Notes: generated by a model not told the origin, from the sequence alone. Shown: positions 20,310 through 34,216, counted from the stretch's first letter. The stretch is DNA of 64,000 nucleotides from a bacterium (GCA_039630415.1 JBCNVB010000018.1:35233-99232), one strand, 5' to 3'. Translations and numbers: made by a program.

Positions 20310-20366
20310 GGATAGAGCGTTGCCCTCCTAAGGCAGAGGTTGCCGGTTCAAGTCCGGCCAACCCCA
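20292..20366 (+). tRNA. tRNA-Arg(CCT)
   Basis: Acceptor GGGGTTG/CAACCCC, anticodon arm TTGCC-CTCCTAA-GGCAG, T-arm GCCGG-TTCAAGT-CCGGC. Confidence 0.93.
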
Positions 20367-20385
20367 CAATCAATCCTATAAACCT

Positions 20386-21681
20386 ATGGAAAAAGAACTA
20401 CTTAACCTCCTAGTAGAAGAACTAGGTCAAATAGCATATGACCTATGCTTTAATATAAGTACCTCAAACATAGATAAAAATGAAAAAAGAATGACAATCA
20501 TAACACCAGATAAATCTGTAAAAGAGTGGATAGAAAAAAAATACTCACCACTGTTAAAGGAATTAATAGAAAAATACTATAATGAAATCGATTGGAATAT
20601 AGAGGTTAAACTCAAAGAAGGAGAGCAAGAAAATATAGAAAGTTCTCTAGATATTCTTAATCCTTTTTTTACTTTTGATAACTTCGTAGTGGGTAATAGT
20701 AATCAGTTTGCGTATGCAGCGAGTTTAGCAGTAGCACAAAAACCAGGTAAAGCATACAACCCACTGTTTATATATGGTTCTACAGGATTAGGTAAAACCC
20801 ATCTCCTTCACGCTATCGGTAACTTCATCTTTAAAAGAAAGTTATCCAAAAAAATAATCTATATTACATCTGAAAAATTCATAAACGATCTAGTTAACTC
20901 TATTAAAGAAAAAAAATTAGAAGATTTTAGAAACAAATATAGAAGAGCTGAAATACTTTTAATAGATGATGTTCAGTTCATAAGTGGAAAGGAAAGAACT
21001 CAAGAAGAACTGTTTCACACCTTTAATGAACTTTACTTAGAAAACAAACAAATAGTTCTGACTAGTGATAGACCACCAAGAGATTTAGAAGGGATAGAAG
21101 ATAGGTTAAAATCTAGATTTCAGTCTGGATTAATAGCCGATGTACAGCTGCCAGATTTTGAAACCCGAAAAGCTATAATAAAGAAAAAACTGGAAAAATA
21201 CGACCTAATTTTTGATGAGCAAGCAGTAGATTTTCTAGCTCAAAAATTTAGAAATAACGTCAGGGAAATTGAAGGAGCTATTATTAAAATTGTAGCATTT
21301 ATTAATCTCAACAAAATCAATATAGAAAAAGTTAGAGTGGAACACTTACAAGAAATCCTAAAAGATCTTAGTCATGAAGATACAAAAATCAACCCAGATA
21401 ATGTTATTGAGGTTGTCACTGAATACTTTAATATTACGCGAGAAGAAATCTTTTCCAATTCTAGGGAAAAGAAAATAGTATATCCAAGACAGGTATTAAC
21501 TTATCTTCTTAGAGACACCTTGGGTATGTCTTTTAAGAGTATAGGTAATTACCTTGGTAAGGATCATACAACCATAATGCATTCATATGAGAAAATCAAT
21601 GTTTTACTAGCAAGTCCAAAGGTTTATAAGGATATCTCTAATATAAGAGAGAAACTTTACGAGAAATACCATCATCATTAA
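20386..21681 (+). CDS. dnaA: Chromosomal replication initiator DnaA
   Basis: YNPLFIYG.TGLGKTHL, IDDVQF, TQEELFHTFN, NVREIEGA, KDHTTIMHS. Confidence 0.97.
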   Translation: MEKELLNLLVEELGQIAYDLCFNISTSNIDKNEKRMTIITPDKSVKEWIEKKYSPLLKELIEKYYNEIDWNIEVKLKEGEQENIESSLDILNPFFTFDNFVVGNSNQFAYAASLAVAQKPGKAYNPLFIYGSTGLGKTHLLHAIGNFIFKRKLSKKIIYITSEKFINDLVNSIKEKKLEDFRNKYRRAEILLIDDVQFISGKERTQEELFHTFNELYLENKQIVLTSDRPPRDLEGIEDRLKSRFQSGLIADVQLPDFETRKAIIKKKLEKYDLIFDEQAVDFLAQKFRNNVREIEGAIIKIVAFINLNKINIEKVRVEHLQEILKDLSHEDTKINPDNVIEVVTEYFNITREEIFSNSREKKIVYPRQVLTYLLRDTLGMSFKSIGNYLGKDHTTIMHSYEKINVLLASPKVYKDISNIREKLYEKYHHH

Positions 21682-21907
21682 ACATTAAATAGATAAACCT
21701 TTTTTAACAAACTTTGTATTTTTTAACACCGTTTTTACAATCTCTGTTCAATTTTGATTCAGTTAAGAAGCATTTTTCTTATGTAATTTACAGGAGGTGA
21801 TATAGATTTTATGATAGTTATGGATAAAGAGTTAAGGATGAAGTTGATTAGTTATAGTGGTTTAGTAGTTTACTATTTTAGGGTTGTATTGGGCAGGTGA
21901 TTTTGTA

Positions 21908-21993
21908 TGGGGGAGGCGGGATTTGAACCCGCACGGGAGTGAATCCCATTGGATCCTAAGTCCAACGCGTCTGCCAAATTCCGCCACTCCCCC
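21908..21993 (-). tRNA. tRNA-Leu(TAG)
   Basis: Reverse complement GGGGGAGTGGCGGAATTTGGCAGACGCGTTGGACTTAGGATCCAA...GGTTCAAATCCCGCCTCCCCCA. Confidence 0.95.
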
Positions 21994-22037
21994 ACCCTTA
22001 AATCTTATTACAACACAAAACCATATCTTCCCTTCTT

Positions 22038-23492
22038 CTATAATCTCCCCAACCATCTTTCAAAACTCTTTAAATGAACACTACAAAAACTATAAAAATT
22101 CACTACATAATCCGATTCCAAGTAAGGATTTGAAAAACTAAAAATATATACTCTTTTACCCTTGTTCCTTAACCTATCTATCAAAGCTTTATAACTGTTA
22201 TCTATAACTAAGTATACTAAAAATATATCCTTCTGATTATGTACAAAAGCTTCTATTTCTTGGGTATTTGTAGGATCCTTTACGATTAGTACTTCTAACT
22301 CCTTGGATTTAAGTTTTTGAATATTTCTTATGTTATCGATAATTTTATGGCTTACTCCTATGGTTTCAAGGTAGTGGTTAGAAAACACTATGATTTTTAA
22401 GATTTGACTCAATTCTAAGAACTGCTTAAATGCTTGTTTATCACCTTTTTCTTTTATTGGTATATCGAATTGATTGAACATCCATGTGTTTAAATCTTGT
22501 ATGTATTGCAGATATTCCTCTTGTGTGTAGGTATGTAGATCAAACTTTTGGACAAATTTGTTGATCTTATGGTATTTATCAATCAAGATGCTTTCAAGAA
22601 GAGGATCCTTTTCTGCTTGTTTAGCCAGGAAGTTTATAGAGTATAATTTTAATTGATCTTCTCCAAGTATCAGAAGAATATCAACTCCCGCTCTTATCGC
22701 TTGTATTAAAGTTTCTTCCCAGTTAAAGTTTTGCATAGCCTTCATATTTAGAGCATCGGAGAAGATTATACCTTCATAAGGTTGTATTAAGTCTATAGTT
22801 TTTTTGGATATGGTAGCTGGAAGAGTATCTATGTTTTTGTAAACTACGTGAGCAGTCATTATAGATGGTAAATGAGATTTATTTTGTAAGAAAGGGAATA
22901 GATGAGTTTGGTTAGCATACGAATATGGTAAGTCCAGATGGCTATCTTTATCTGTATCTCCATGCCCAGGAAAATGTTTCCCAGTACACATGAGGTTTAC
23001 TTGATTATATGCCTTTATGTACTGCTGAGATAGTAGACTTACTTTTTCCGAATCTTCTCCAAAACTTCTTACCCCTATTATAGGGTTTTGATTGTTTGTA
23101 TTTACATCCATTACTGGTGAAAAGTTAACATTGAACTCGAGGAATTTGAGTATCAAACCGTTTAATATAGCTATCTTGTATGCGTCTGCTGGATCGTTTA
23201 TAGAGTATTGGGAACAAACAGCGGGAAAATCTGGATAATCAAACCTATACACTACTCCACCCTCTTGATCTATGCTTCTTAAAATTTCTAATCCATGAAT
23301 AGATTTGTATTGCCTTTTATAGTAATCATTAGTTTCTTTTAATTTTTTCCATCCGTTAGGAGATTGATCTATATCCTTGTAAAAGAGGATATACCCTGCA
23401 AAGGGGTACTTTAGTACAAAATCAGGATCATTGATATCGATTAGAATTAGTCTAGAAACTATCTCTTTAAGGTTTTGTGGTTTATTTTTCAT
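22038..23492 (-). CDS. nagZ: GH3 beta-N-acetylhexosaminidase (NagZ-like)
   Basis: IDQEGG, NFSPVMD, RSFG, KHFPGHGDT..DSH, SDALNMKA. Confidence 0.85.
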   Translation of the reverse strand: MKNKPQNLKEIVSRLILIDINDPDFVLKYPFAGYILFYKDIDQSPNGWKKLKETNDYYKRQYKSIHGLEILRSIDQEGGVVYRFDYPDFPAVCSQYSINDPADAYKIAILNGLILKFLEFNVNFSPVMDVNTNNQNPIIGVRSFGEDSEKVSLLSQQYIKAYNQVNLMCTGKHFPGHGDTDKDSHLDLPYSYANQTHLFPFLQNKSHLPSIMTAHVVYKNIDTLPATISKKTIDLIQPYEGIIFSDALNMKAMQNFNWEETLIQAIRAGVDILLILGEDQLKLYSINFLAKQAEKDPLLESILIDKYHKINKFVQKFDLHTYTQEEYLQYIQDLNTWMFNQFDIPIKEKGDKQAFKQFLELSQILKIIVFSNHYLETIGVSHKIIDNIRNIQKLKSKELEVLIVKDPTNTQEIEAFVHNQKDIFLVYLVIDNSYKALIDRLRNKGKRVYIFSFSNPYLESDYVVNFYSFCSVHLKSFERWLGRL

Positions 23493-24420
23493 ATTTAACC
23501 AGCGAGTAGAAAAGAAGTAGTAGGTTAGATGGTTTTTCAGCTAATCTTCTTACGAAGTATTCGTACCATTCGCTACCTACGGGTATGTATATTCTTAGGT
23601 TATATCCTTGTTCTATTATCTTTTTTTGTAGGTCTTGTCTTACTCCATATAGCATTTGGAATTCAAAATCATCTCTTGATATGCCTTTGTATTGGCAGTA
23701 GTTTTTTATTTTTTCAATTAATTTGTGATCATGAGTAGCAAAGGCAGGATAAACTTTACTTATATTGTCCAGTAGTTTAACAGCTATATTGTAATAATTT
23801 TCGTCTATTTTACTTTTTGATGGTAGAATTTTGTCAAAAGGTTCTTTATATGCTCCTTTACAAAGTCTTACGATCGGTTTTGAATCCCAATCAAAACTTA
23901 ATATCCTGTCATCTATGTCTTTCATTGTTCGATATAGATAGGCTTGAAAAGTTATGTCTAAATTGTTGTACTTTAATTCTTTTCTGAAAAAGTCAAATAT
24001 ATTAAGTGTAGAATCTATCAAAACTGAATTTTCCATATCTATATGTATTCTGTTATTGCATGAATCGAGAATATTTTTCAAATTCTGCTTACATATGTTT
24101 TCTTCCAAAAGTATGCCCAATGCACTTAGCTTTACTGAAATTGATATGTTATTCAGCATAGATACCTTGTTTATTATTTCATTGAGATTTTGGATATATT
24201 TCTGCACCTTTTCAGAGTTGTTATATTGTTCTCCTAATAAGGATATTGTAATTCTATATCCTTGGTTAATTAAATTTTGCATTTTTTGGATAAAGATATC
24301 GTCTACTTGTTCAGATCCTACATATCTAAAAGCCAGCTTTCTTATAGAATCTACTTTTGATATACCCCTCATAATGGGATTATCAAAGATAGATATAATT
24401 GCTTTTTTTATTAGTGACAT
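23482..24420 (-). CDS. Monofunctional proline dehydrogenase
   Basis: SVKLSALG, IDME, QAYLYRT, RLCKGAY, ATHD, EFQMLYG, YFVRRLAE. Confidence 0.9.
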   Translation of the reverse strand: MSLIKKAIISIFDNPIMRGISKVDSIRKLAFRYVGSEQVDDIFIQKMQNLINQGYRITISLLGEQYNNSEKVQKYIQNLNEIINKVSMLNNISISVKLSALGILLEENICKQNLKNILDSCNNRIHIDMENSVLIDSTLNIFDFFRKELKYNNLDITFQAYLYRTMKDIDDRILSFDWDSKPIVRLCKGAYKEPFDKILPSKSKIDENYYNIAVKLLDNISKVYPAFATHDHKLIEKIKNYCQYKGISRDDFEFQMLYGVRQDLQKKIIEQGYNLRIYIPVGSEWYEYFVRRLAEKPSNLLLLFYSLVKYEK

Positions 24421-24422
24421 TA

Positions 24423-25211
24423 TTATCCTTTATTTTCGGTTAATGAGAATATTGAAAGGTAGGTGAAAAGTACAATAGATATGATAAAATATGCTATATT
24501 TTTAAGATCTATAACACCTTTAGATAGGTTCTCAAAGTTTGTTGATATAGATATAGCTTTTACGATATTTTTGTAAGTTGGATTGGTAAAGTCTCCCGTA
24601 AATCCTATTAACCAAAATGTAAGGACCAGGAAGAGAGATATGAGCATGGCTACAAAAAATTCATCGGTTAAGGTTGATACAAATACTGACATCGATACAA
24701 TTAGTGCTCCTATAAGTATTAGCCCTAAAAATCCAGTAGCTATCACTCCTAAATCCAACGTCCCTTTATTGATGACAGTATATACAACTACGAAAAAGAT
24801 TATATAAATCATAGCAAACGTTAAAAACATTAGGTACATTAGAAAAGTAGAAATCATTTTTCCTATAACTAGTTCAATTTCCTTAAAAGGGTAGGTAAAA
24901 AGGAGTTCTATTGTTTTGAGTTTTCTTTCTTGAGCAAAAGATTTAGAGGCGATTATTGGAATAATCAGTACGCTTAGAAAAGCAACAAAGCCCATATAAG
25001 GGGTTACTATCATATCATTCACATTGAAATTCCTTGCAAAAGAGGGAAAACTAACAGCTACAAAAGCAGCTTGAAAAAATGCATAAATCGCACTAACAAA
25101 GAATATTGTCAAGAATAGTAAAGCCACAAACATCGATACAAACGGTAATATTGTAGAAGAACTCTCCAATATATCCTTTTTTACTATCAACATAACTTTT
25201 CTAAAATCCAT
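24423..25211 (-). CDS. ABC-2 type transporter permease (GldF-like)
   Basis: Multi-TM; ERKLKTIELLFTYP..E.VIGK. Confidence 0.85.
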   Translation of the reverse strand: MDFRKVMLIVKKDILESSSTILPFVSMFVALLFLTIFFVSAIYAFFQAAFVAVSFPSFARNFNVNDMIVTPYMGFVAFLSVLIIPIIASKSFAQERKLKTIELLFTYPFKEIELVIGKMISTFLMYLMFLTFAMIYIIFFVVVYTVINKGTLDLGVIATGFLGLILIGALIVSMSVFVSTLTDEFFVAMLISLFLVLTFWLIGFTGDFTNPTYKNIVKAISISTNFENLSKGVIDLKNIAYFIISIVLFTYLSIFSLTENKG

Positions 25212-25232
25212 ACATTCATCCCCCTTTTAAGA

Positions 25233-26165
25233 CTATTGTATTGCTTTCAAAAATAAATCTTCCATCGTTATTGTATTTTTATTTATGTATAAGAACTCTA
25301 TATTGTCTTCAACTAACTTTTTAGAAATTTCAAAAAGAATTCTTTCATCTTTTTTATTTATGTTGAAAGTTACCGAAGAGTCTTGGAATTGAACTTCGTG
25401 AATGTTGTAAGATTTGAGTATCTCTCGGATTTTGTCGTTAATCTCATTGTTTGTTTTTGAGAATATGTACTCAACTTTAACTTCATTTTGTATTTGTTCT
25501 TTAAGATCCTTAACTCTTCCACTCATTCTTATTTTGCCCTCATGGATAATAACCAAATTGTCACAGATAGCTTCTACTTCTTGCATTATGTGTGTACTGA
25601 GAATAATTGTTCGGTTTGCAGATAAGCTTTTAATTAGTTTTCTTATTTCTATTATTTGAGCTGGGTCTAATCCTTGAGTAGGTTCATCTAGTATTATAAC
25701 TTTTGGATCTCCTATTATTGCCTGTGCTATACCTACCCTTTGCCTATACCCTTTAGATAGCTCCTTTAAGAATCTATTTTTGTATTTCTCTACCCCTACT
25801 TGGTTAATTACCTTTTCTACTTCTTCTTCCACATTTGGTACTTCTTTAGAAAGAGCTACGAATTTTAGAAAATCCAGTACTGTTAAGTTATCGTATATTG
25901 GGAAGTTTTCGGGTAGATAACCTATGAATTTCCTTACTTTATAGGGTTCCTGAATAGCATCTATTGAGTTAACATATACCTTTCCGCTGTTAGGTTTAAA
26001 GTAAGTTGTTATAATTTTCATAGTGGTTGTTTTTCCAGCTCCGTTTAGACCCAAAAATCCAGTTACTTTACCTTCTTCAAAATCTACCGTTACATCTTCT
26101 ATACCTCTCATATCTCCGTATCTTTTTGTCACGTTCTCGAGGCTAACTATGTTACTCATACCCAC
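25233..26165 (-). CDS. ABC-2 type transporter ATP-binding protein (GldA-like)
   Basis: GLNGAGKTT, LSKGYRQRVG, ILDEPT, STH. Confidence 0.92.
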   Translation of the reverse strand: MGMSNIVSLENVTKRYGDMRGIEDVTVDFEEGKVTGFLGLNGAGKTTTMKIITTYFKPNSGKVYVNSIDAIQEPYKVRKFIGYLPENFPIYDNLTVLDFLKFVALSKEVPNVEEEVEKVINQVGVEKYKNRFLKELSKGYRQRVGIAQAIIGDPKVIILDEPTQGLDPAQIIEIRKLIKSLSANRTIILSTHIMQEVEAICDNLVIIHEGKIRMSGRVKDLKEQIQNEVKVEYIFSKTNNEINDKIREILKSYNIHEVQFQDSSVTFNINKKDERILFEISKKLVEDNIEFLYINKNTITMEDLFLKAIQ

Positions 26166-26192
26166 TTCCCCTTTTCTGTGTAATATATTTTT

Positions 26193-30025
<3,833 letters not shown>

Positions 30026-30036
30026 TTGGTATTTTT

Positions 30037-30729
30037 TTACGAAGCTATTTTGACAAGGTTTTGGATGTTATTTTCCATCACATATTCTTCTACTTTTATG
30101 ATTGTATCAATATTCACTTGTTGAAGTTTATTTATTCCTTGTGAACTATCAAATTCGAAGTAGGAGTTTATAGTTACGATGAAATTTCCTTGAATAGTTT
30201 TCTTTTGTCCCGTTATGAGCTCCATATCCATTGGTATGGATGCACTACTTTCTGTACTTCTTCCTTCGATGTATACTATTCCATTTTCGACTGATTTTAC
30301 GACATAAGTCATAGGTATTTGTAATTGCTTATTCTGCCCAGGTAGATTGAAATCTATGTTTACTGTCCAGTATTGACCTATTTCGAGTTCATAGTCTGGG
30401 AAAACTAGGGTACTTACTTCTTGGCTACCAGCAGAGTCTACTATGTTACCATATTCATCCATAAGCATATATATAGTCTGTTCATTTACTGGTACTATTA
30501 CCGTTTTCATTTCTTCGCTTGGTGTTTCATCAGGTTGTCTATTACTTACTTTTACTCTAATATGAAATCCTTCTTCATCTTTAGCTATGGTTTTGAGCTC
30601 TATATCGGAGAAGTACATTATTCTTGAAGCATCAACTAAATCCATTGATTTAGATATTTGTCTTATAGTATTGCTTTTTGATATATATTTAATGGTTTTT
30701 CCTACAGGGTAATTAAATTTGAGTATCAT
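30037..30729 (-). CDS. Hypothetical beta-rich protein
   Basis: 230 aa, SD GGAGG, FP...LEIGQYW motif. Confidence 0.65.
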   Translation of the reverse strand: MILKFNYPVGKTIKYISKSNTIRQISKSMDLVDASRIMYFSDIELKTIAKDEEGFHIRVKVSNRQPDETPSEEMKTVIVPVNEQTIYMLMDEYGNIVDSAGSQEVSTLVFPDYELEIGQYWTVNIDFNLPGQNKQLQIPMTYVVKSVENGIVYIEGRSTESSASIPMDMELITGQKKTIQGNFIVTINSYFEFDSSQGINKLQQVNIDTIIKVEEYVMENNIQNLVKIAS

Positions 30730-30762
30730 ATTTACCTCCCTGCTTGTTAGTAAATCGAGATA

Positions 30763-31470
30763 TTAGAAATCAAATTTTTCTGCTAAATCAAGCAAAATTT
30801 TGGTATCTACTTTAAGTGAGGGTGACATAGTTGTTGATAAATAAGCTGTTTCTATGAAGTTTCCTTTAGCTGATGGTGGTTTTGCTCTTAAAAGTGTCTT
30901 TATTGCAGCCAATAGATTTTCATATATTTTTTGTTTTCCGAAGGATATTTTACCGAGTGGGATGTGGTAGTTACCTAGCTTATCATTTCTTATTTGTATT
31001 TTACCTTTTTTTATTTCTTCTACGATTTGTTTTATGTTGTTTCCGACGGTTCCTGCTTTAGGGCTAGGCATTTTAGGACCTAAAACTTTACCCAATTGTT
31101 TTCCTATTATTGGCATCATGTCTAGAGTAGATACTGCTACGTCAAATTTTACTTCTCCTTTTTTGACTTGTTCTACTAGATCATTTCCTCCCACTATATC
31201 TGCTCCTGCTTCTCTTGCTTGATCAGCTAGGTCTCCTTGTGCAAAAACGAGTACTGTAGGTGATTTACCTATGCCATGAGGAAGTACTACACTCGTTCTT
31301 ACTGTTTGGTCAGATTTAGTTGGATCTATTGATAGTTTTCCATGTACTTCAAACATTTCATCAAATTTATTATTCCAATTTTCTATTAGGAATTCAATTG
31401 CTTGCAAGGGATGATATTTTTTGGTGCGATCTATTTTCTCCGCTACCAGAGAGTATCTTTTACTTGCCAT
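30763..31470 (-). CDS. rplA: 50S ribosomal protein L1
   Basis: LPHGIGK, MPSPKAGTV, STTMSP. Confidence 0.96.
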   Translation of the reverse strand: MASKRYSLVAEKIDRTKKYHPLQAIEFLIENWNNKFDEMFEVHGKLSIDPTKSDQTVRTSVVLPHGIGKSPTVLVFAQGDLADQAREAGADIVGGNDLVEQVKKGEVKFDVAVSTLDMMPIIGKQLGKVLGPKMPSPKAGTVGNNIKQIVEEIKKGKIQIRNDKLGNYHIPLGKISFGKQKIYENLLAAIKTLLRAKPPSAKGNFIETAYLSTTMSPSLKVDTKILLDLAEKFDF

Positions 31471-31481
31471 ATTTATACCTC

Positions 31482-31949
31482 CTATTCTACTACTTCTATT
31501 CCCATGTTTTTTGCTTGTCCTGCAATTATTTTAACAGCGGTTTCAAGATTTCGAGTATTTAGATCTGGTAATTTCATTTTTGCTATTTCAATGAGTTTAT
31601 CTTTAGTTATTTTTCCTACTTTTTGCCTGTTAGGTTGAGGACTACCACTTTCTATTCCTATAGCTTTTAGTATCAACGATGAAGTTGGAGGAGTTTTGAG
31701 TATGAATTTATAGGTTCTATCGCTGTATACGTAAACTATTGCTGGGACTATATATCCTTGCATTTTAGCTGTTTGTGCATTGTAGTTTTTACAGAATTCT
31801 GCTATATTTAGGCCGTACTGTCCGAGAGCTGGACCCACAGGAGGTGCAGGAGTAGCTTTCCCTGCTTCAAGATAAAGTGTAAGAGTTGCTACTAGGGTCT
31901 TTTGTCCCTTTGGAGCAGCCACCATTTTTTCTTTTGTCTTTACAGCCAT
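31482..31949 (-). CDS. rplK: 50S ribosomal protein L11
   Basis: AGKATPAPPVGPALG, KTPPTS. Confidence 0.97.
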   Translation of the reverse strand: MAVKTKEKMVAAPKGQKTLVATLTLYLEAGKATPAPPVGPALGQYGLNIAEFCKNYNAQTAKMQGYIVPAIVYVYSDRTYKFILKTPPTSSLILKAIGIESGSPQPNRQKVGKITKDKLIEIAKMKLPDLNTRNLETAVKIIAGQAKNMGIEVVE

Positions 31950-31976
31950 AATACCAACCCCTTCTACTTAAAACAC

Positions 31977-32561
31977 CTAGTCTATTTTTTCACACTCATT
32001 GATATCTATCTCTATAGGAGTTTCCCTACCAAAGATAACTATCGATACTATAGCTTTTCCCTTTTCATGGTATATCTTTTCTATTATTCCTTGGCTATCT
32101 ACGAATGGTCCGTATGTAATTCTTACCCTGTCTCCTACGTTCAATTCAACCCTTTTGGTAGGTATATTTCCTTCGATGAAAGGTCTTATTTTGTTTATTT
32201 CTTCATAAGTTAGTGGTGTTGGTTTATTTTGTGGTCCTACAAAACCAGTTACACCTTGTATACTTTTTATAAAACTCCACGTTTCGTTGTCAAGTATCAT
32301 TTCTATAAAGACATATCCTGGAAAAACTCTTCTTTTTATTTCTTTTTGTTTTCCCGCTTTGACTCTTATTTCCTTTTCAAGAGGCACTACCAAGCGGAAT
32401 ATTTTTTTGTCTAGTCCCAAATTACGTGCTTTCATTTCTATAGTATTTTTTACTTCTTCTTCCATACCTGATAGAGTGTGGACTATGTACCACTCTGCTT
32501 CGGGATGTAACTTAAATCTATCTTCTTCTATAATTTCACTTTCTTCTCTTTTTTCTTCCAT
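31977..32561 (-). CDS. nusG: Transcription factor NusG
   Basis: WYIVHT.SG.E, FPGYVF, GVTGFVG, KOW GPF, IFGRETP. Confidence 0.96.
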   Translation of the reverse strand: MEEKREESEIIEEDRFKLHPEAEWYIVHTLSGMEEEVKNTIEMKARNLGLDKKIFRLVVPLEKEIRVKAGKQKEIKRRVFPGYVFIEMILDNETWSFIKSIQGVTGFVGPQNKPTPLTYEEINKIRPFIEGNIPTKRVELNVGDRVRITYGPFVDSQGIIEKIYHEKGKAIVSIVIFGRETPIEIDINECEKID

Positions 32562-32583
32562 ATCTTTCTCTCCCTTGTAGAAT

Positions 32584-32772
32584 TTAGAGATTGATTCTGA
32601 GTACGTATTTAAATATTCCCTTTAGTATTAGGTCTATTACTTCCATATATAGGGATGCGAATAAGACTATTAGTGCAATTGATTTAGTTGCGTTTATTAC
32701 AGCTTGCTTATCAGGGTATGTTATTTTACCTATTTCTTCTTTTATTCCTTGTAAGAATGATATTATATTCAT
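32584..32772 (-). CDS. secE: Preprotein translocase SecE
   Basis: EIGKITYP plus one TM; lies between rpmG and nusG. Confidence 0.85.
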   Translation of the reverse strand: MNIISFLQGIKEEIGKITYPDKQAVINATKSIALIVLFASLYMEVIDLILKGIFKYVLRINL

Positions 32773-32776
32773 GGAC

Positions 32777-32941
32777 TCATTTTACTTCTGTATGTTCTAC
32801 GTGTGTTTTACATTTCGCGCAGTATTTTCTGAGTTTTAGTTTTTGGGTTGTTTTAACTCTATTTTTTGATGTTACATAGTTTTTGCTTTTACATTTGGTA
32901 CAGGCTAGGAAGATTATTACTCTGTTTCCTTTGGAGGCCAT
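32777..32941 (-). CDS. rpmG: 50S ribosomal protein L33 (Zn-ribbon type)
   Basis: Not in the track. MASKGNRVIILLACTKCKSKNYVTSKNRVKTTQKLKLRKYCAKCKTHVEHTEVK, two CxxC. Confidence 0.93.
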   Translation of the reverse strand: MASKGNRVIIFLACTKCKSKNYVTSKNRVKTTQKLKLRKYCAKCKTHVEHTEVK

Positions 32942-32963
32942 AAATATCACCTTTGGATTATCC

Positions 32964-34160
32964 TTAGCCTATTAATTCGGTTACTACTCCGGCTCCTATA
33001 GTTTTTCCACCTTCTCTTATTGCAAACCTTTGTCCTTTTTCAAGTACCACTGGTTGGATTAGTTCTACTTCAAATTCTACATTATCTCCTGGCATTACCA
33101 TTTGTACATTTTCTGGAAGCTTGATAGTACCTGTTATGTCAGCTGTTCTGACGTAGAATTGGGGTCTATATCCTGTAGTAAATGGTTTTTGTCTTCCTCC
33201 TTCTTCTTTGGATAATACATAAACATTGGCTTTGAATTTTGTGTATGATTTTACTGAGTTTGGAATTGCTACAACTTGTCCTCTTTCAACTTCATCCTTA
33301 CCTACTCCTCTAAGGAGTAGTCCTACGTTGTCACCTGGTAGAGCTTCGTCCAATATTTTTCTAAACATTTCTATACTTGTTACTACAGTTTTGACAGGGT
33401 CTCTTCTTAGACCAATTATTTCGACTTCTGTATTAGGTAGGAGTTTACCTCTTTCAACCCTACCTGTTACAACAGTTCCTCTACCGGTTATACTGAAAAC
33501 ATCTTCTATTGGCATAAGGAAAGGCTTATCTACTTCTCTGGGGGGTTCTTCAAAATAGTCATCCATAGCTTTGACCAGATCCAGGATTTTTTGGGTCCAT
33601 TCATTTTCTTGATCTGCTTCCATAGCTTTTAGAGCACTTCCTCTTATAACAGGGGTATTATCTCCATCAAAACCATACTTAGACAAGAGATCCCTTACTT
33701 CCATCTCAACTAGGTCTACCAGTTCATTATCAACAGAAGGATCATCTATTTTGTTGATAAAAACTATGATTTTGGGTACACCTACTTGTCTTGCGAGTAG
33801 TACGTGTTCTCTTGTTTGTGGCATTGGTCCGTCGGTAGCTGCTACTACTAAGATAGCTCCGTCCATTTGAGCAGCACCTGTTATCATGTTTTTTATGTAG
33901 TCCACGTGTCCTGGGCAGTCTACGTGTGCATAGTGTCTTTTATCACTTTCATATTCGACATGAGCTATATTTATTGTAATACCTCTTGCCTTTTCCTCAG
34001 GCGCTTTATCTATTTGATCATATGCCATGTATTGAGCCAGTTTTTTCATTGCTAACACTTTAGTTATAGCAGATGTTAATGTTGTTTTTCCGTGGTCTAT
34101 ATGACCTATTGTTCCTACGTTTAGGTGTGGTTTTGTTCTTACAAATTTTGATTTTGCCAC
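32964..34160 (-). CDS. tuf: Elongation factor Tu
   Basis: [22 protein letters not shown]. Confidence 0.98.
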   Translation of the reverse strand: MAKSKFVRTKPHLNVGTIGHIDHGKTTLTSAITKVLAMKKLAQYMAYDQIDKAPEEKARGITINIAHVEYESDKRHYAHVDCPGHVDYIKNMITGAAQMDGAILVVAATDGPMPQTREHVLLARQVGVPKIIVFINKIDDPSVDNELVDLVEMEVRDLLSKYGFDGDNTPVIRGSALKAMEADQENEWTQKILDLVKAMDDYFEEPPREVDKPFLMPIEDVFSITGRGTVVTGRVERGKLLPNTEVEIIGLRRDPVKTVVTSIEMFRKILDEALPGDNVGLLLRGVGKDEVERGQVVAIPNSVKSYTKFKANVYVLSKEEGGRQKPFTTGYRPQFYVRTADITGTIKLPENVQMVMPGDNVEFEVELIQPVVLEKGQRFAIREGGKTIGAGVVTELIG

Positions 34161-34216
34161 CTTTTATCCCTCCTTCTCAAATCAATTTCAATATTCATAT
34201 TCTTCAGAAAAACAAT

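Noticed and set aside
21811-21900. 29-aa ORF (MIVMDKELRMKLISYSGLVVYYFRVVLGR) with an upstream AGGAGGTGA
   Set aside because: SD spacing is long, there is no recognisable homology, and the strong local G/T skew can generate such motifs. Not excluded, but unsupported.
21862-22141. Track ORFs 21862-22056 (-) and 21884-22141 (+)
   Set aside because: They are translations across tRNA-Leu(TAG) and the end of nagZ.
33890-33925. EF-Tu DCPGHVDY instead of DCPGHADY
   Set aside because: A single conservative change with the catalytic His intact; not evidence of altered function.
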